A DNA stretch of 64,000 bases from a virus (IMGVR_UViG_3300017917_001910:32001-96000), one strand, 5' to 3'; shown: positions 31,708-41,789, counted from the first letter of the stretch. Notes: generated by a model not told the origin, from the sequence alone. Made by a program: numbers and translations.

Positions 31708-32871
31708 TTACCCCACATAAATTTTTAATGGTATCTTATTTAATGTTGTTTGCACAGCATCATTCTCTGCTTGTTGCTTTTCAAGTTGAGCTTGACGCGA
31801 TACTTTATCTAATGCTCCACGTAAATCAGTAACTAATGTAGTTTGGTTTTCACGTCCTTGAGTTACTAAATCAGCTCCGTTCATACGAATCTCTGCATTT
31901 GGAATAGGAATTGAATCGTACTTATTACGAACATTACCTAATGTTTCCGTTGCTAATGCTAACGTATATTTTAAAATCCATTGCTTTCCTACATCATTAA
32001 CATCTCCGTATTGTATTTTATTAAATGGAGCATTACTCATATCAGAAACTACTCCCGATGTAGTAATATTGTCTATAGCATTTCTATCTGATTCTACTAT
32101 ATATTCAAAGTATAGTATAAAATTATAAGTAGGAATAGGAAATAGTTTTAATTGATTATTGATTAATTCAAATGAATAAGAAGATCTTCTTATCATATCA
32201 TTAAATTCAATTGCTTGTAATCTTAATAAATCAGAATACATTGGCATCATTAAAAATGATACTCCTGGAGAATAACTGCCCCAACCAAAAGATTGAAGCA
32301 TTTGTTGCGTACCCATACCAGTTCCTACAAACGGGTCAAAGTATCTTACAATAGCAGGAGGCCCATCATGAAATATTCTTTTAATCTCAATATCTTCATT
32401 AGGATGGACTAAATCTCTAAATAATGTATTAATGTTATAATTTTGTTGCCCTGAATAACAAGATAAACTTCCTGTTCTCCATGTTATTCTTCCTCCAACG
32501 CCAGCTTCGCTTCCATATTCTTTAGATAATTGAAGTGTACGTCCTAAGTTTGGAGCAATATTCTTTTGAGATAAATTTGAATTAGAATTATAAGCACTTC
32601 CTTGAAGATTAATAAAATTATCTACGATATTATATTCGTTAATAATATTTCCAAATTCCGACGTAGCTTGTTCGAAACAAGCAAAGAAAGACCCAGATTG
32701 AAGTTCTACGTCCATCATAGGATATCCTAATCGTCTTGCACAAAAATCTGCTACTTTTGGAGCATCAAGTTGAAACTGAAAGTCATAATCAAAATACCCG
32801 AAAGGAGTATCTCCGGGAGAAAATGTACAATTACCTGTCCAAATTGGAATATCTATTGTTAATCCGTTCAT
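31708..32871 (-). CDS. Neck / head-tail adaptor (gp13-like)
   Basis: RRLGYPMMDVEL, WILKYTLALATETLGNVRNKY, MNGADL, ends KIYVG. Confidence 0.8.
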   Translation of the reverse strand: MNGLTIDIPIWTGNCTFSPGDTPFGYFDYDFQFQLDAPKVADFCARRLGYPMMDVELQSGSFFACFEQATSEFGNIINEYNIVDNFINLQGSAYNSNSNLSQKNIAPNLGRTLQLSKEYGSEAGVGGRITWRTGSLSCYSGQQNYNINTLFRDLVHPNEDIEIKRIFHDGPPAIVRYFDPFVGTGMGTQQMLQSFGWGSYSPGVSFLMMPMYSDLLRLQAIEFNDMIRRSSYSFELINNQLKLFPIPTYNFILYFEYIVESDRNAIDNITTSGVVSDMSNAPFNKIQYGDVNDVGKQWILKYTLALATETLGNVRNKYDSIPIPNAEIRMNGADLVTQGRENQTTLVTDLRGALDKVSRQAQLEKQQAENDAVQTTLNKIPLKIYVG

Positions 32872-32929
32872 TATTATTCGTCTTTATTATAATTATGTAG
32901 GATCACAAGTTGATACTATAATTACGTAC

Positions 32930-33217
32930 TTATATATGTTCGTACGTAGCCTTTAAATTAAATTCATTAGAATTTTGTAATTCGTTAATCACATATGTTT
33001 CTAATGCATCTATTAATTTAGAGTATGGGTCTGTAATTTCTTCTTTGTATATTAATGTATTTTTATCAATATCATATCGAAGAATTGTGTGATTACCAAT
33101 AACCACTTCTAAATTAATTGCTCCTTTATATTCTAAACGAGGAATTAATGTTACTGAAGGTGATTCACAAATTAATTCTGATGGGAGTTTATAATATCCC
33201 GTTACTTGTATTGCCAT
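32930..33217 (-). CDS. Hypothetical protein (possible fibre chaperone)
   Basis: 95-aa ORF just downstream of the fibre gene. Confidence 0.5.
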   Translation of the reverse strand: MAIQVTGYYKLPSELICESPSVTLIPRLEYKGAINLEVVIGNHTILRYDIDKNTLIYKEEITDPYSKLIDALETYVINELQNSNEFNLKATYEHI

Positions 33218-33232
33218 GTTATTTATTATTTA

Positions 33233-35119
33233 TTAAATTAGTCTTTCTATAACTACAGACCCACTAGCAGGACCTGCTGTTTGTATAAATGTTGCTCTGT
33301 ATAATCTTCCTCTATCTTGATCTTGGATATGAGATGTTATTGTATCTCCACCGCTACCTAACGTTGCTGATGTTAATACTGACCAGCTTCCTGTTGTAAA
33401 TATAGCGCCTGTATTAACACTACTTGATATAGCAGAACCAGCTACGGAAGATATTGCACTATAAAATACATTTACACTTCCACTTACTGAACTTGCTACC
33501 GGATTACCACTAGATGATATTGCTACACGAATATTGTCAAATGATGCTGAGTTAGTAAATCTTCCTACATTATATCCTGTTGCATTTCTAGTTACTGGTA
33601 TTGCTCCGTTAATTGTTACAACACCACTTCCGCTTACCTCAAATATACTAGCAGAACCAGGTGCATCAATTTTAAATAATGAACTACTAGCAACTGTACC
33701 GGATATATGTAACCAAGCGCTCGGAGCATTTGTATTTAAACCAAAAAATCCTTGAGTTGAAAATCTAGCTATTTCACCCGTGCCCCAATTTCCTAAAGCA
33801 AATATAATAGGTCTTGTATTTGTTCCTTGAAAACGAATACCAGTTGCAGCTTCAAATCCAAATTTTCCTCTGTTACCTGCAAAGTCAATATAAGCGTCTG
33901 TAGATGTTCCATTACCCATGTTTATTATTTGTCCTGTGCCAAATACATCTAATTTTACAGCAGGTGTTGATGTTCCTATACCTACATTTCCACTACTGCT
34001 AGCATGTAAAATGTTATTCGATCCAGACATCACAAATAATGAGCCAGTTATTGTTTGACTACCAACAAATATATTACTTCCTGTAGTTGCAAATGATCTA
34101 GTTATATTATTTATTGAGCTTGTAAAGTTATTAATTGAACTAGTAAATGAATTAAATGAGCTAGTAGTTGTAAAACTTGATGTACTAGAGTTTAACACAT
34201 AAGGAGCTAACATTGAACCCGTATTACTTAATAATAAATAATTGGGAGCAAATGAAGCTGTTAAAGCATTTTGAGCCCAAGAAGATGTACCAAATAATGA
34301 TCCTGTAAATTGTCCTGTAAATGAACCACTAAATGATCCTGTATTACTTAGGAATTGATCTACTCTATTAGCCGTTACTATTACTGAAGGAATCCCTGGA
34401 GTACTATTTATAGGTTCAGCATATAATCTCATACCCGTATCAGCTGATACCCATATGATCTGATAATAATCATTTGCAGCTGAAGAAACAAACCAGTTCC
34501 AAGCTGCTACTACTTTAGTACTATTTCCAGATAATGTTAATTTTGTGGCTGAATCTGTAAGATCAATACCATTTTTTCTTAACCAAATTACTATTTCATC
34601 AGTACCAGAATCTGTTTTTTCTACTTGTGCAGAAAATTGAATATTATATATACCTGCATTTTGTGTCTTAATATAAGTATTAAATGGGCTTGTTGATCCT
34701 GATATTGATACTCCATTTGTAATATCTGTTGAATCAAAGGACATTGATCTAGGTATATTTGCTACTGGGTTTGTTTGAATAGTTGTATCGTAAAACGATC
34801 CGTATGATCCTGTCGCAGTATTAAAACTTGTACTCCCGCTTAATGTAGCACTAACTGTTACTTGCCCTAATCCATTTGTTGGTGATAATGTTACATTTGG
34901 TCCTGCTAATAATTGCGTTACTCCACCGTTTAAAGCAAATGATGCACTTACAGCCCTTGAACTTGATACTGCATTTAATACATAAGATGCGCTTGTTGCT
35001 GTTCCATTTAAATTTCCGTATATACTTCCCGTAACAGATAAACTTCCACTAATATTAGCATTTAATCCAATATTTAAATTATCTTGTACATCTAAAGTTG
35101 TTCGTATATTATATGACAT
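33233..35119 (-). CDS. Ser/Thr/Gly-rich fibre-like virion protein
   Basis: TGSF repeats, GNVGIGTSTP beta-repeat, and a C1q/BclA-like segment (AGIYNIQFSAQ...IWLRKNG). Confidence 0.7.
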   Translation of the reverse strand: MSYNIRTTLDVQDNLNIGLNANISGSLSVTGSIYGNLNGTATSASYVLNAVSSSRAVSASFALNGGVTQLLAGPNVTLSPTNGLGQVTVSATLSGSTSFNTATGSYGSFYDTTIQTNPVANIPRSMSFDSTDITNGVSISGSTSPFNTYIKTQNAGIYNIQFSAQVEKTDSGTDEIVIWLRKNGIDLTDSATKLTLSGNSTKVVAAWNWFVSSAANDYYQIIWVSADTGMRLYAEPINSTPGIPSVIVTANRVDQFLSNTGSFSGSFTGQFTGSLFGTSSWAQNALTASFAPNYLLLSNTGSMLAPYVLNSSTSSFTTTSSFNSFTSSINNFTSSINNITRSFATTGSNIFVGSQTITGSLFVMSGSNNILHASSSGNVGIGTSTPAVKLDVFGTGQIINMGNGTSTDAYIDFAGNRGKFGFEAATGIRFQGTNTRPIIFALGNWGTGEIARFSTQGFFGLNTNAPSAWLHISGTVASSSLFKIDAPGSASIFEVSGSGVVTINGAIPVTRNATGYNVGRFTNSASFDNIRVAISSSGNPVASSVSGSVNVFYSAISSVAGSAISSSVNTGAIFTTGSWSVLTSATLGSGGDTITSHIQDQDRGRLYRATFIQTAGPASGSVVIERLI

Positions 35120-35137
35120 ATTATTTGTTTTCTTTTA

Positions 35138-35605
35138 TTATTTTGTAAATCCACGTATTATAGTATCTACTGTGTAGCTATCGACGGTGCTTGTATTTCT
35201 AGCAACTACTTTTATAATGGGAGATTCTACTTCAGATACTTCTGCAGGGCCAATTACTACATTATCTCGTATTTCAGTATTATTATCTGGAAATACTACG
35301 TTATCTGTTAATGTAAATGTTGATTGAACACTATTTCCGTCATAATACCCAACTACATATGAAGTTAGTATAGAAAATACTTCAGAACTATTATTTTTTA
35401 CATATACATCTGCTATTACTCCAAAATATTTTGTAGTATCAAATTCAAATAGTAAAGCTTCATATAGTAGTTCGACATTTGGATTAAACGGATCAGGAAT
35501 TGATGCAGTCGGTAACGTAACAAACGAGCCAGATTGTGTTTGTAATACGGGAGAACTAACTATAGGTGTTTTTATTGATGCTGCTGATATAATTGTTTGT
35601 GCCAT
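35138..35605 (-). CDS. Hypothetical virion protein
   Basis: 155-aa ORF in the fibre cluster. Confidence 0.55.
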   Translation of the reverse strand: MAQTIISAASIKTPIVSSPVLQTQSGSFVTLPTASIPDPFNPNVELLYEALLFEFDTTKYFGVIADVYVKNNSSEVFSILTSYVVGYYDGNSVQSTFTLTDNVVFPDNNTEIRDNVVIGPAEVSEVESPIIKVVARNTSTVDSYTVDTIIRGFTK

Positions 35606-35619
35606 TATTGTTATTATTT

Positions 35620-36195
35620 TTAAGAGTTTATAGTTATTTCAGTAGAGGATATTACTGTTTCTGCTCCTGATACAGAATCCATAAGTACAAAATCTCCATT
35701 TGTCGCTATAGTTATTGTTTTATTGCCTCTAACAATTTGAAATGTTCCGTCATTTCCTATGTTAATATATACAGAGCCAGATATAGTTTGATTTCCAATA
35801 AATACATTACTTCCTGTAGTTGCAAATGAACCAGTATTACTCAATAATAAATAATTAGGAGCAAAAGATGCTGTATTTGCAAATGATGCTGTTCCTTGTA
35901 AAGAGCCCGTAAATCCTAATGTTGATATTACAGAACCAGTTATAGTTTGATTTCCAATGAATACATTACTACCTGTAGTTGCAAATGAACCCGTATCAAT
36001 TGAAGAACCTCCCCCGCCAGTACCTACCGGACCAACAGGACCTTGAGGACCAGGTGTATTTACTTGAATTACATTGGTATTTGTTTGAGGAATAGATACA
36101 GTAGTATTTTTATTATTATCCGTTACAGATATTTCTTGATTTATATCTTGAATTGATACTGTATTGTTTTCTGTATTAATATTTACTGTAGACAT
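35620..36195 (-). CDS. Fibre-like protein with a short collagen motif
   Basis: PGPQGPVGPVG; two copies of TGSFATTGSNVFIGNQTI. Confidence 0.65.
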   Translation of the reverse strand: MSTVNINTENNTVSIQDINQEISVTDNNKNTTVSIPQTNTNVIQVNTPGPQGPVGPVGTGGGGSSIDTGSFATTGSNVFIGNQTITGSVISTLGFTGSLQGTASFANTASFAPNYLLLSNTGSFATTGSNVFIGNQTISGSVYINIGNDGTFQIVRGNKTITIATNGDFVLMDSVSGAETVISSTEITINS

Positions 36196-36590
36196 TATAC
36201 TGTTACTTGTTTACTTAAGTTAACTTGACCCTCTAATAATCTTACCGTGTACGGGCAATTACTTCCCGAATAAATTTCTAAATCATATCTTGCTGTTACA
36301 AATGTAAGGGCAGAAGAAGTACATGATGCAATATAAATTCCAATAGAACCGCTTGTAGGTGGTTTAGTGCTTCTGCTGCCACTAAAATTTAAGCCAGTCC
36401 CGTCAGAATTTAACGAGCTAGATAGAGTTAAGTATGTAGTAGGAGTATTATCAGCAAAGTTAGATCTAATCATCATTCTCCCAGAATATCCCGTTAAATC
36501 TACGGGTTTATTATTAGAGTCTTTATATTGAATTTCAAAATCTACTGTTGCTCCTTGTTCTATTGTAAAGTTATATTTACCGGCTGCCAT
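36195..36590 (-). CDS. BppU-like / Ig-fold virion protein
   Basis: YNFTIEQGAT...PVDLTGYSGRMMIR...RYDLEI...RLLEGQV. Confidence 0.6.
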   Translation of the reverse strand: MAAGKYNFTIEQGATVDFEIQYKDSNNKPVDLTGYSGRMMIRSNFADNTPTTYLTLSSSLNSDGTGLNFSGSRSTKPPTSGSIGIYIASCTSSALTFVTARYDLEIYSGSNCPYTVRLLEGQVNLSKQVTV

Positions 36591-36627
36591 AATTATAGTT
36601 TCTTTAATATAATTATGTATATACAGT

Positions 36628-36659
36628 AAAATAGTCCCAATATCACTACTGAGACTATT
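36628..36659 (-). terminator. Probable intrinsic terminator
   Basis: AATAGTCTCA-N10-TGGGACTATT then T residues on the minus strand. Confidence 0.55.
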
Positions 36660-36661
36660 CT

Positions 36662-36805
36662 TTATTTTTTAATTAATTCTATTGAAGCTGTCGTTTGCGG
36701 TATAAATGCTCGTGCATATGGATTAGAATAGACTCTGCCCAACTCAAATCCTTGACTTTTCATTTCATCTAAAGCTTTTTGAAGCTTTTCATCTGTTATA
36801 AACAT
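36662..36805 (-). CDS. 47-aa hypothetical protein
   Basis: Manual translation MFITDEKLQKALDEMKSQGFELGRVYSNPYARAFIPQTTASIELIKK*. Confidence 0.5.
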   Translation of the reverse strand: MFITDEKLQKALDEMKSQGFELGRVYSNPYARAFIPQTTASIELIKK

Positions 36806-36966
36806 TCTACTTCTTTTATATAGTTAATGATATATTCTTTATTTTCTCCGGCAAGATTTTGAAAATACTCATTAATATATTCTAATCCAGGCCTTTGAAT
36901 CTTTAACATAATTAATCTTCCGTCTATTGTTAGACTAATCTCATACTTTTTAATTACCGTACTCAT
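36796..36966 (-). CDS. 56-aa hypothetical protein
   Basis: Manual translation MSTVIKKYEISLTIDGRLIMLKIQRPGLEYINEYFQNLAGENKEYIINYIKEVECL*; overlaps both neighbours. Confidence 0.5.
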   Translation of the reverse strand: MSTVIKKYEISLTIDGRLIMLKIQRPGLEYINEYFQNLAGENKEYIINYIKEVECL

Positions 36967-37618
36967 AATCTAATATCTTACCAACTAAATCACTACGATG
37001 ATTTTCTTTTAACTTTATCCACTTAATTTCTTCTATTTTTTTAGATAATTCAATTGCATAAGTAAGCCCGTTTACTTGACCGTCTGGAGTTCTAATATCG
37101 CTTTGCTCATTATCGCCATTTATAACAATTTTACCTGTTTTTCCTAATCTAGTTAAAAGAGCTAACATTTCTCCTTTAGTTAAGTTTTGAGCTTCTTCAA
37201 CTATAAGAATATCATCCATTGTTTTGCCTCTTACAAATTGCACAGGCATTGCTTTTATTTTTTCCTGCTCAATTAATTTTGCTACCTCTGTTTTATCAAC
37301 GCAACATTTATTTAAGTTTTCTATTAAAGCTTCTAAATACGGGTCAAATTTATCTTTTAAATCTCCAGGTAAATATCCAAAAGTTCTTCCAACTTCCACG
37401 GCTGCTCTAGTGTTATAAATACATTCGATTTGTTTTTTCTTTAAGAAGTCTAAAGCAGCTTGAGCACATACTAAACTTTTACCACTACCAGCTCTTCCGG
37501 TAACAACTACTATTTGATTTTCTACAATTAATCTTTTAGCTTCTTTTTGCTCTTCGTTTAATTGAACAGCACTAATTGCTTTAATTTCCGTTTTACGTTG
37601 ACGATTTGGATCTTTCAT
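36950..37618 (-). CDS. phoH: PhoH-like ATPase
   Basis: TGRAGSGKS, GYLPGDLKDK, FVRGKT, VEEAQN, LTRLG, GDNEQSD, HRSDLV; start placed at 37618 because the promoter motif lies at 37638-37645. Confidence 0.9.
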   Translation of the reverse strand: MKDPNRQRKTEIKAISAVQLNEEQKEAKRLIVENQIVVVTGRAGSGKSLVCAQAALDFLKKKQIECIYNTRAAVEVGRTFGYLPGDLKDKFDPYLEALIENLNKCCVDKTEVAKLIEQEKIKAMPVQFVRGKTMDDILIVEEAQNLTKGEMLALLTRLGKTGKIVINGDNEQSDIRTPDGQVNGLTYAIELSKKIEEIKWIKLKENHRSDLVGKILDYEYGN

Positions 37619-37762
37619 ATTTATAACTAAATTTAATATAAATATCATTCGTTGTTAAAAAGTATAAGCACACTTATACACTAATATTTTTCGTACTCTA
37701 TATAAGAATATTACTTTTAAATAAAAGTTCGTATACGATAAGATTTTGGGGCGTATGAACAT

Positions 37763-37789
37763 AAAAAAAGACGGAATTTCTTCCGTCTT
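37763..37789 (-). terminator. Intrinsic terminator after the major capsid gene
   Basis: Perfect AAGACGGAA-N4-TTCCGTCTT stem plus T-run. Confidence 0.8.
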
Positions 37790-37812
37790 CTTCTATTTTA
37801 TTTTATTTAGAA

Positions 37813-39573
37813 TTAGATTCTATTTAAATCCATTATTCTAATTACTCCGTAAAATTCTGGGCGGACGATCTTCTTAGCGTAACGTGTCATTACACCTTTT
37901 CTTGGAGTGAAGTTATTCGGATCGTAAACTAAAGGAGTCATAATCAATGGAACATATGGACTATAAACCGCACCTGTTTCTAAGAATTGATTTCCTCTGT
38001 AACCCATTAAAATGGTACTTTCTAACATATAAGGGTTTTTGTAAACTTGGAAACGATTATTCATCATACCTGTTTTTTGAACACCCATTGCAAATTGCAT
38101 TTTATCACCATTAGTATCTGCTGCATATCCTGGAATAGATTCTAAGATAGTAGCAACGTCTGGAGAACAAACTAAGAAGTTCGCACCACCACGCATTGTT
38201 TTTTGATGAATTTTGTTAGATACTTTTTGGATTTTAGTTCCTAAAGTTTGGAACCAAGTTTGTTGATTGTAGAATGCTCCTGTTGCCGCATCAACGATAC
38301 CAGCATTTGCACTAGTAGGTAATACTGAAGTAGTAGTTAAGTTAGTATCTACTGTACGACCAATTACTGCTGACCATCCCTCAACTGTCACTGCGTTTTG
38401 AATTAACATATCTAAAATCTCTAAATCAATTTCTTGAGAGATATACTCAGATAACATTGAAGTTAATTCTGCTTCAGCATCAATTGCGTGGTATGCATTT
38501 AAATCTTGAGCAAATTCTGGAGTCCAAATAGCTTTTAATTTACGAGTCTTAGCAACGATTGGCTCAGAACGTAATTCAACGTTTATTTCTGGAATGTTAA
38601 CGTTAGTATCGATTGATGTAGCATTTGTAGAACTATATCCACCACCATTACCATATCCACCAGCTTCAAAATCACCACGACCTGCTGCTGTAGGTTGTAA
38701 TTCATAGAATATTGTCATACCACCTGTTGCACCTTGATTAAATACTGTTGCAGCTGACGCAGAAACAACAAATGTAATTTGTGAATTATCTGAATTTACT
38801 CTAGTAAACTGCGGGAATGCAGTTATAGTACCAGTTGATGAAGAAATATTAAATGCTCTTACGCCTTCTGTGTCAAAGTTAGGAATTGAACTAGATGCAA
38901 TTATAATAGTTCTCATACAAGTATTTGTAGATGCTGCTAATGAAGCAGAATAAGTATTAAAGAATCTTGTATCATAATTGTAATCAGATGCTACAATCGA
39001 ACCGGTTGTATATACACCAGTTGCAGGTGCTGAACCTGACACTAAAGCCGCACTAGCTGTAGTAGCAATTGAATAACCAAATCTACCAGCACCATAAAGA
39101 CCACCTGACGGATCACCAGTTGTACTAGTTACACCAAATACTGAATTAGTTTGGTAACCTGGCTGACTAGGTAATGCACCAGCAGTATTAGTCGTGCTAA
39201 AACCTGCTTGGTTTGTAGTACCATATTTAAAATCTAAATAAAATACTAGACCTGAAGGTAAAGACATTGGTTGAACTGAAACGAAATCTTTTGCAGCAAT
39301 TTCACTGAAAATACGTCTTACTAACGGAAGCGCAACACCTGACCATTCTTCTGATCCTGCTGCTGTACCTGTTCTGCTAGATTCTGTGATTAATTGCTTA
39401 GCTTGGTTTTCTAATAAAATTGAGATGCTAGCTCTGTCATATTCGCTATCAACTCCTTCTAACAAACCGGTCTTAGACCATTTGTTAACTAAACCTTTAG
39501 ATTCTTCTAAAAGTTGAAAAGATCTATCTTGTGTAGATGAAACGATCTTTTGAATTGCATTTAAATTACTCAT
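37813..39573 (-). CDS. Major capsid protein (T4 gp23-like)
   Basis: LPLVRR, VSVQPMSLPSGLVFYL, AKTRKLKAIWTPEFAQDLNAYHAIDAEAEL, YSPYVPL, PRKGVMTRY. Confidence 0.95.
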   Translation of the reverse strand: MSNLNAIQKIVSSTQDRSFQLLEESKGLVNKWSKTGLLEGVDSEYDRASISILLENQAKQLITESSRTGTAAGSEEWSGVALPLVRRIFSEIAAKDFVSVQPMSLPSGLVFYLDFKYGTTNQAGFSTTNTAGALPSQPGYQTNSVFGVTSTTGDPSGGLYGAGRFGYSIATTASAALVSGSAPATGVYTTGSIVASDYNYDTRFFNTYSASLAASTNTCMRTIIIASSSIPNFDTEGVRAFNISSSTGTITAFPQFTRVNSDNSQITFVVSASAATVFNQGATGGMTIFYELQPTAAGRGDFEAGGYGNGGGYSSTNATSIDTNVNIPEINVELRSEPIVAKTRKLKAIWTPEFAQDLNAYHAIDAEAELTSMLSEYISQEIDLEILDMLIQNAVTVEGWSAVIGRTVDTNLTTTSVLPTSANAGIVDAATGAFYNQQTWFQTLGTKIQKVSNKIHQKTMRGGANFLVCSPDVATILESIPGYAADTNGDKMQFAMGVQKTGMMNNRFQVYKNPYMLESTILMGYRGNQFLETGAVYSPYVPLIMTPLVYDPNNFTPRKGVMTRYAKKIVRPEFYGVIRIMDLNRI

Positions 39574-39616
39574 AGTAATGTTTATGTTTTTTTGTTTTTA
39601 ATTGTTAATTATTTAA

Positions 39617-40558
39617 TTATTTTAAACCTGCTAATTTCTTAAATCTGTTCGCAATTTGTTCGCCTTCAGATAAAATAGTTTGTTTAGGTTTTGTTGATGC
39701 AACTGGTTTAGATGCAACTGATTCTTTTACTAATGTTTTTCTGCTTGAGAAAGATTCAGATAAAGTAGCATATACTAATTTAACTTCTCTAATTGTTCTA
39801 GCACGATCGAAAGTATCAATTACTTTAACTTTTTGCGATTCATTTAAAGTATGAGCTTTAAATAATTTGTTTGTGAATAAAAGTTTTGCATTAAGCATAT
39901 TAACTTCATTTAAACTATCTTTCATAGTTTTAATTGCGCTATAAGCTTCTTCTAACTCTTTTTTCATTTTAGCATTTTCTTTAGCTAATAAAGTATCTTT
40001 TGCATCAACTTTACCATCGCCATCGTAATCCATATCGTTATGCTCCATACCATATTCATCCATTTCTTCTTCATCGCCCATTAATTCTTCTAATAAAGCA
40101 TCAATGTCTACTTCTTCTTCAATAGCATCTGGATCTTCGCCTGGGTTTAAATCAAACTCGTCCATCTTGTCCATTTCATCTTCTTCGTCTAACTGACGTA
40201 AGATTTCTGATAAATCATACTCATCTAATTCTTCTTCTGCTGGCATTTCTTCTGCTGGCATTTCTTCTGCTTCTACGCCTCTTGACATAATGTCGAATTC
40301 ATCGAATTGTCCATCACCATCAGTGTCAATTGATAAATCTCCTACGTCCATTCCGTCATCTTCCATTCCTGGAGTTTCCATTGGCATTTCATCTTCCATT
40401 CCTTCTTCATCTTCCATTCCTTCTTCTGCTAAACGAGAAGAAATCATAGATTGAATTCTTGGGGTGAATGCTTCTTCCAAAGCTAACTTAGCATTAGCAA
40501 TGGCTGTTTCTTTAACTGCTTTTGCATCAGCAATAGCTTCTTTTAATAAGTCTTGCAT
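39617..40558 (-). CDS. Prohead core / scaffold protein
   Basis: Very acidic and coiled-coil, immediately upstream of the capsid gene; EEMPA and EEGMED tandem repeats; ends RFKKLAGLK. Confidence 0.75.
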   Translation of the reverse strand: MQDLLKEAIADAKAVKETAIANAKLALEEAFTPRIQSMISSRLAEEGMEDEEGMEDEMPMETPGMEDDGMDVGDLSIDTDGDGQFDEFDIMSRGVEAEEMPAEEMPAEEELDEYDLSEILRQLDEEDEMDKMDEFDLNPGEDPDAIEEEVDIDALLEELMGDEEEMDEYGMEHNDMDYDGDGKVDAKDTLLAKENAKMKKELEEAYSAIKTMKDSLNEVNMLNAKLLFTNKLFKAHTLNESQKVKVIDTFDRARTIREVKLVYATLSESFSSRKTLVKESVASKPVASTKPKQTILSEGEQIANRFKKLAGLK

Positions 40559-40583
40559 TTTTATCTTTATGTGATTTTTTTAT

Positions 40584-40666
40584 CCGCACGAAATAAATCG
40601 GTATAGTTATTAGTGAACTATAAAAGCGGTTTAGATATTTTTGTAATCGTATATTAGAAATACGAT
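40584..40666 (-). promoter_or_regulatory. Structured 5' leader of the scaffold-capsid transcript (putative)
   Basis: Hairpins 40602-40622 and 40646-40666, both with 7-bp stems and 7-nt loops ending CUAAU; CCGC/GCGG closing stem at 40584-40587 and 40626-40629. Confidence 0.45.
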
Positions 40667-40739
40667 ATTGGAATTTATTATATATATTACCGATGTTACA
40701 AAAACATTATACTTTTTGATACTTTTTTGTATATTCAGT

Positions 40740-40768
40740 AAAAAAGCCCCAATTTCTTAGAGCTTTTT
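40740..40768 (-). terminator. Probable intrinsic terminator
   Basis: AAAAAGCTCTAA-N4-TTGGGGCTTTTTT on the minus strand (with G-U pairs). Confidence 0.6.
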
Positions 40769-40777
40769 AAGATTTAA

Positions 40778-41323
40778 TTATTTAATACCTGCTAATCTTT
40801 TAAATTTATTAATTTCTCTTTCATTTATTTCATGAGCAATAACACTTCTTCTATTCTTTAAATATGAATCTTGTTTGTCTACTTTACCATCATTATTAAT
40901 ATCACTATCTTCATGACCTACTGCATCTAATTCATTTTCGTTTATCTTGTAATATTTATTTAATACACTTCCGATATCTTCATAAACGCTTTCTAATCTT
41001 TGTTGTAAAGTATTAATTTCACCAGCTGTCTTTTCAAATAATTGCATAGAACTTTCTAATGTTTTCATATGACGTCCTACTGTAATACTATCAAAGCTTC
41101 CTTCTGTTTCTTGTAAAGTCATATCTTTAGCTTTTTGAATTACATCTTTCATTTCATTAGTAATGTTACGTAATTCGTCTGCTCTGTATATATGATTGCC
41201 ATATTCATTAAACTTGCCAATCATCTCCATGATTTCTTTTTTATCTTTAGGAGATAATTTTATTTTTTCTGATGCTTCATTTTGCATCCACTTTTCGCTT
41301 ATAATTCTTTTTAAACTAGTCAT
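40778..41323 (-). CDS. Putative prohead core protein (likely start [10 protein letters not shown])
   Basis: Coiled-coil, EF-hand-like [12 protein letters not shown], ends KFKRLAGIK like the scaffold. Confidence 0.65.
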   Translation of the reverse strand: MTSLKRIISEKWMQNEASEKIKLSPKDKKEIMEMIGKFNEYGNHIYRADELRNITNEMKDVIQKAKDMTLQETEGSFDSITVGRHMKTLESSMQLFEKTAGEINTLQQRLESVYEDIGSVLNKYYKINENELDAVGHEDSDINNDGKVDKQDSYLKNRRSVIAHEINEREINKFKRLAGIK

Positions 41324-41327
41324 TGTA

Positions 41328-41789
41328 TTATTCTTTATTAAATGGTTTACCTTTTTCATCAGAATTAATTTTTTCTACACTTACTCCGATAAATTGTACT
41401 GGCTTTCCTATTTTGTCATTAACTACTAAAAAATTAGTCATTGAAGTATTCATGATTCTAATAATATAATATTGGCCGGGCTTCCCGTTAAATTCTACTT
41501 TAAATCCAGGCTGCACTTTAAAGTTAAGATTTTCTGTTGGCGGAGGAGTAGGTTTTGGTTCTTCCGGTACATCATTAACAGCAGGTCTTTGCTGTGGTTT
41601 TGTAGGTACTGGCGGCTTTGGTTGTGTTCTAGCTGGTTGAGGTGCAGGTCTTGCAGGAGCTGCTCCGGGTACTCCAGGTTCTTGTTCTTGAAGTCTTTTA
41701 CGATTCGGATGAGCGTGCGTAACAACTCCCCAAGTACCAAAGGCTTCATTTAAAAGACCTCTAAGTTTTATTTTATTATCTTTTGCCAT
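41328..41789 (-). CDS. Hypothetical Pro-rich protein with IKLRGLLNE motif
   Basis: 153-aa ORF in the head cluster. Confidence 0.6.
   Translation of the reverse strand: MAKDNKIKLRGLLNEAFGTWGVVTHAHPNRKRLQEQEPGVPGAAPARPAPQPARTQPKPPVPTKPQQRPAVNDVPEEPKPTPPPTENLNFKVQPGFKVEFNGKPGQYYIIRIMNTSMTNFLVVNDKIGKPVQFIGVSVEKINSDEKGKPFNKE

Noticed and set aside
33233-36195. Diversity-generating retroelement TR/VR pair
   Set aside because: No reverse transcriptase in the window; the repeats are all coding and differences are not confined to adenines
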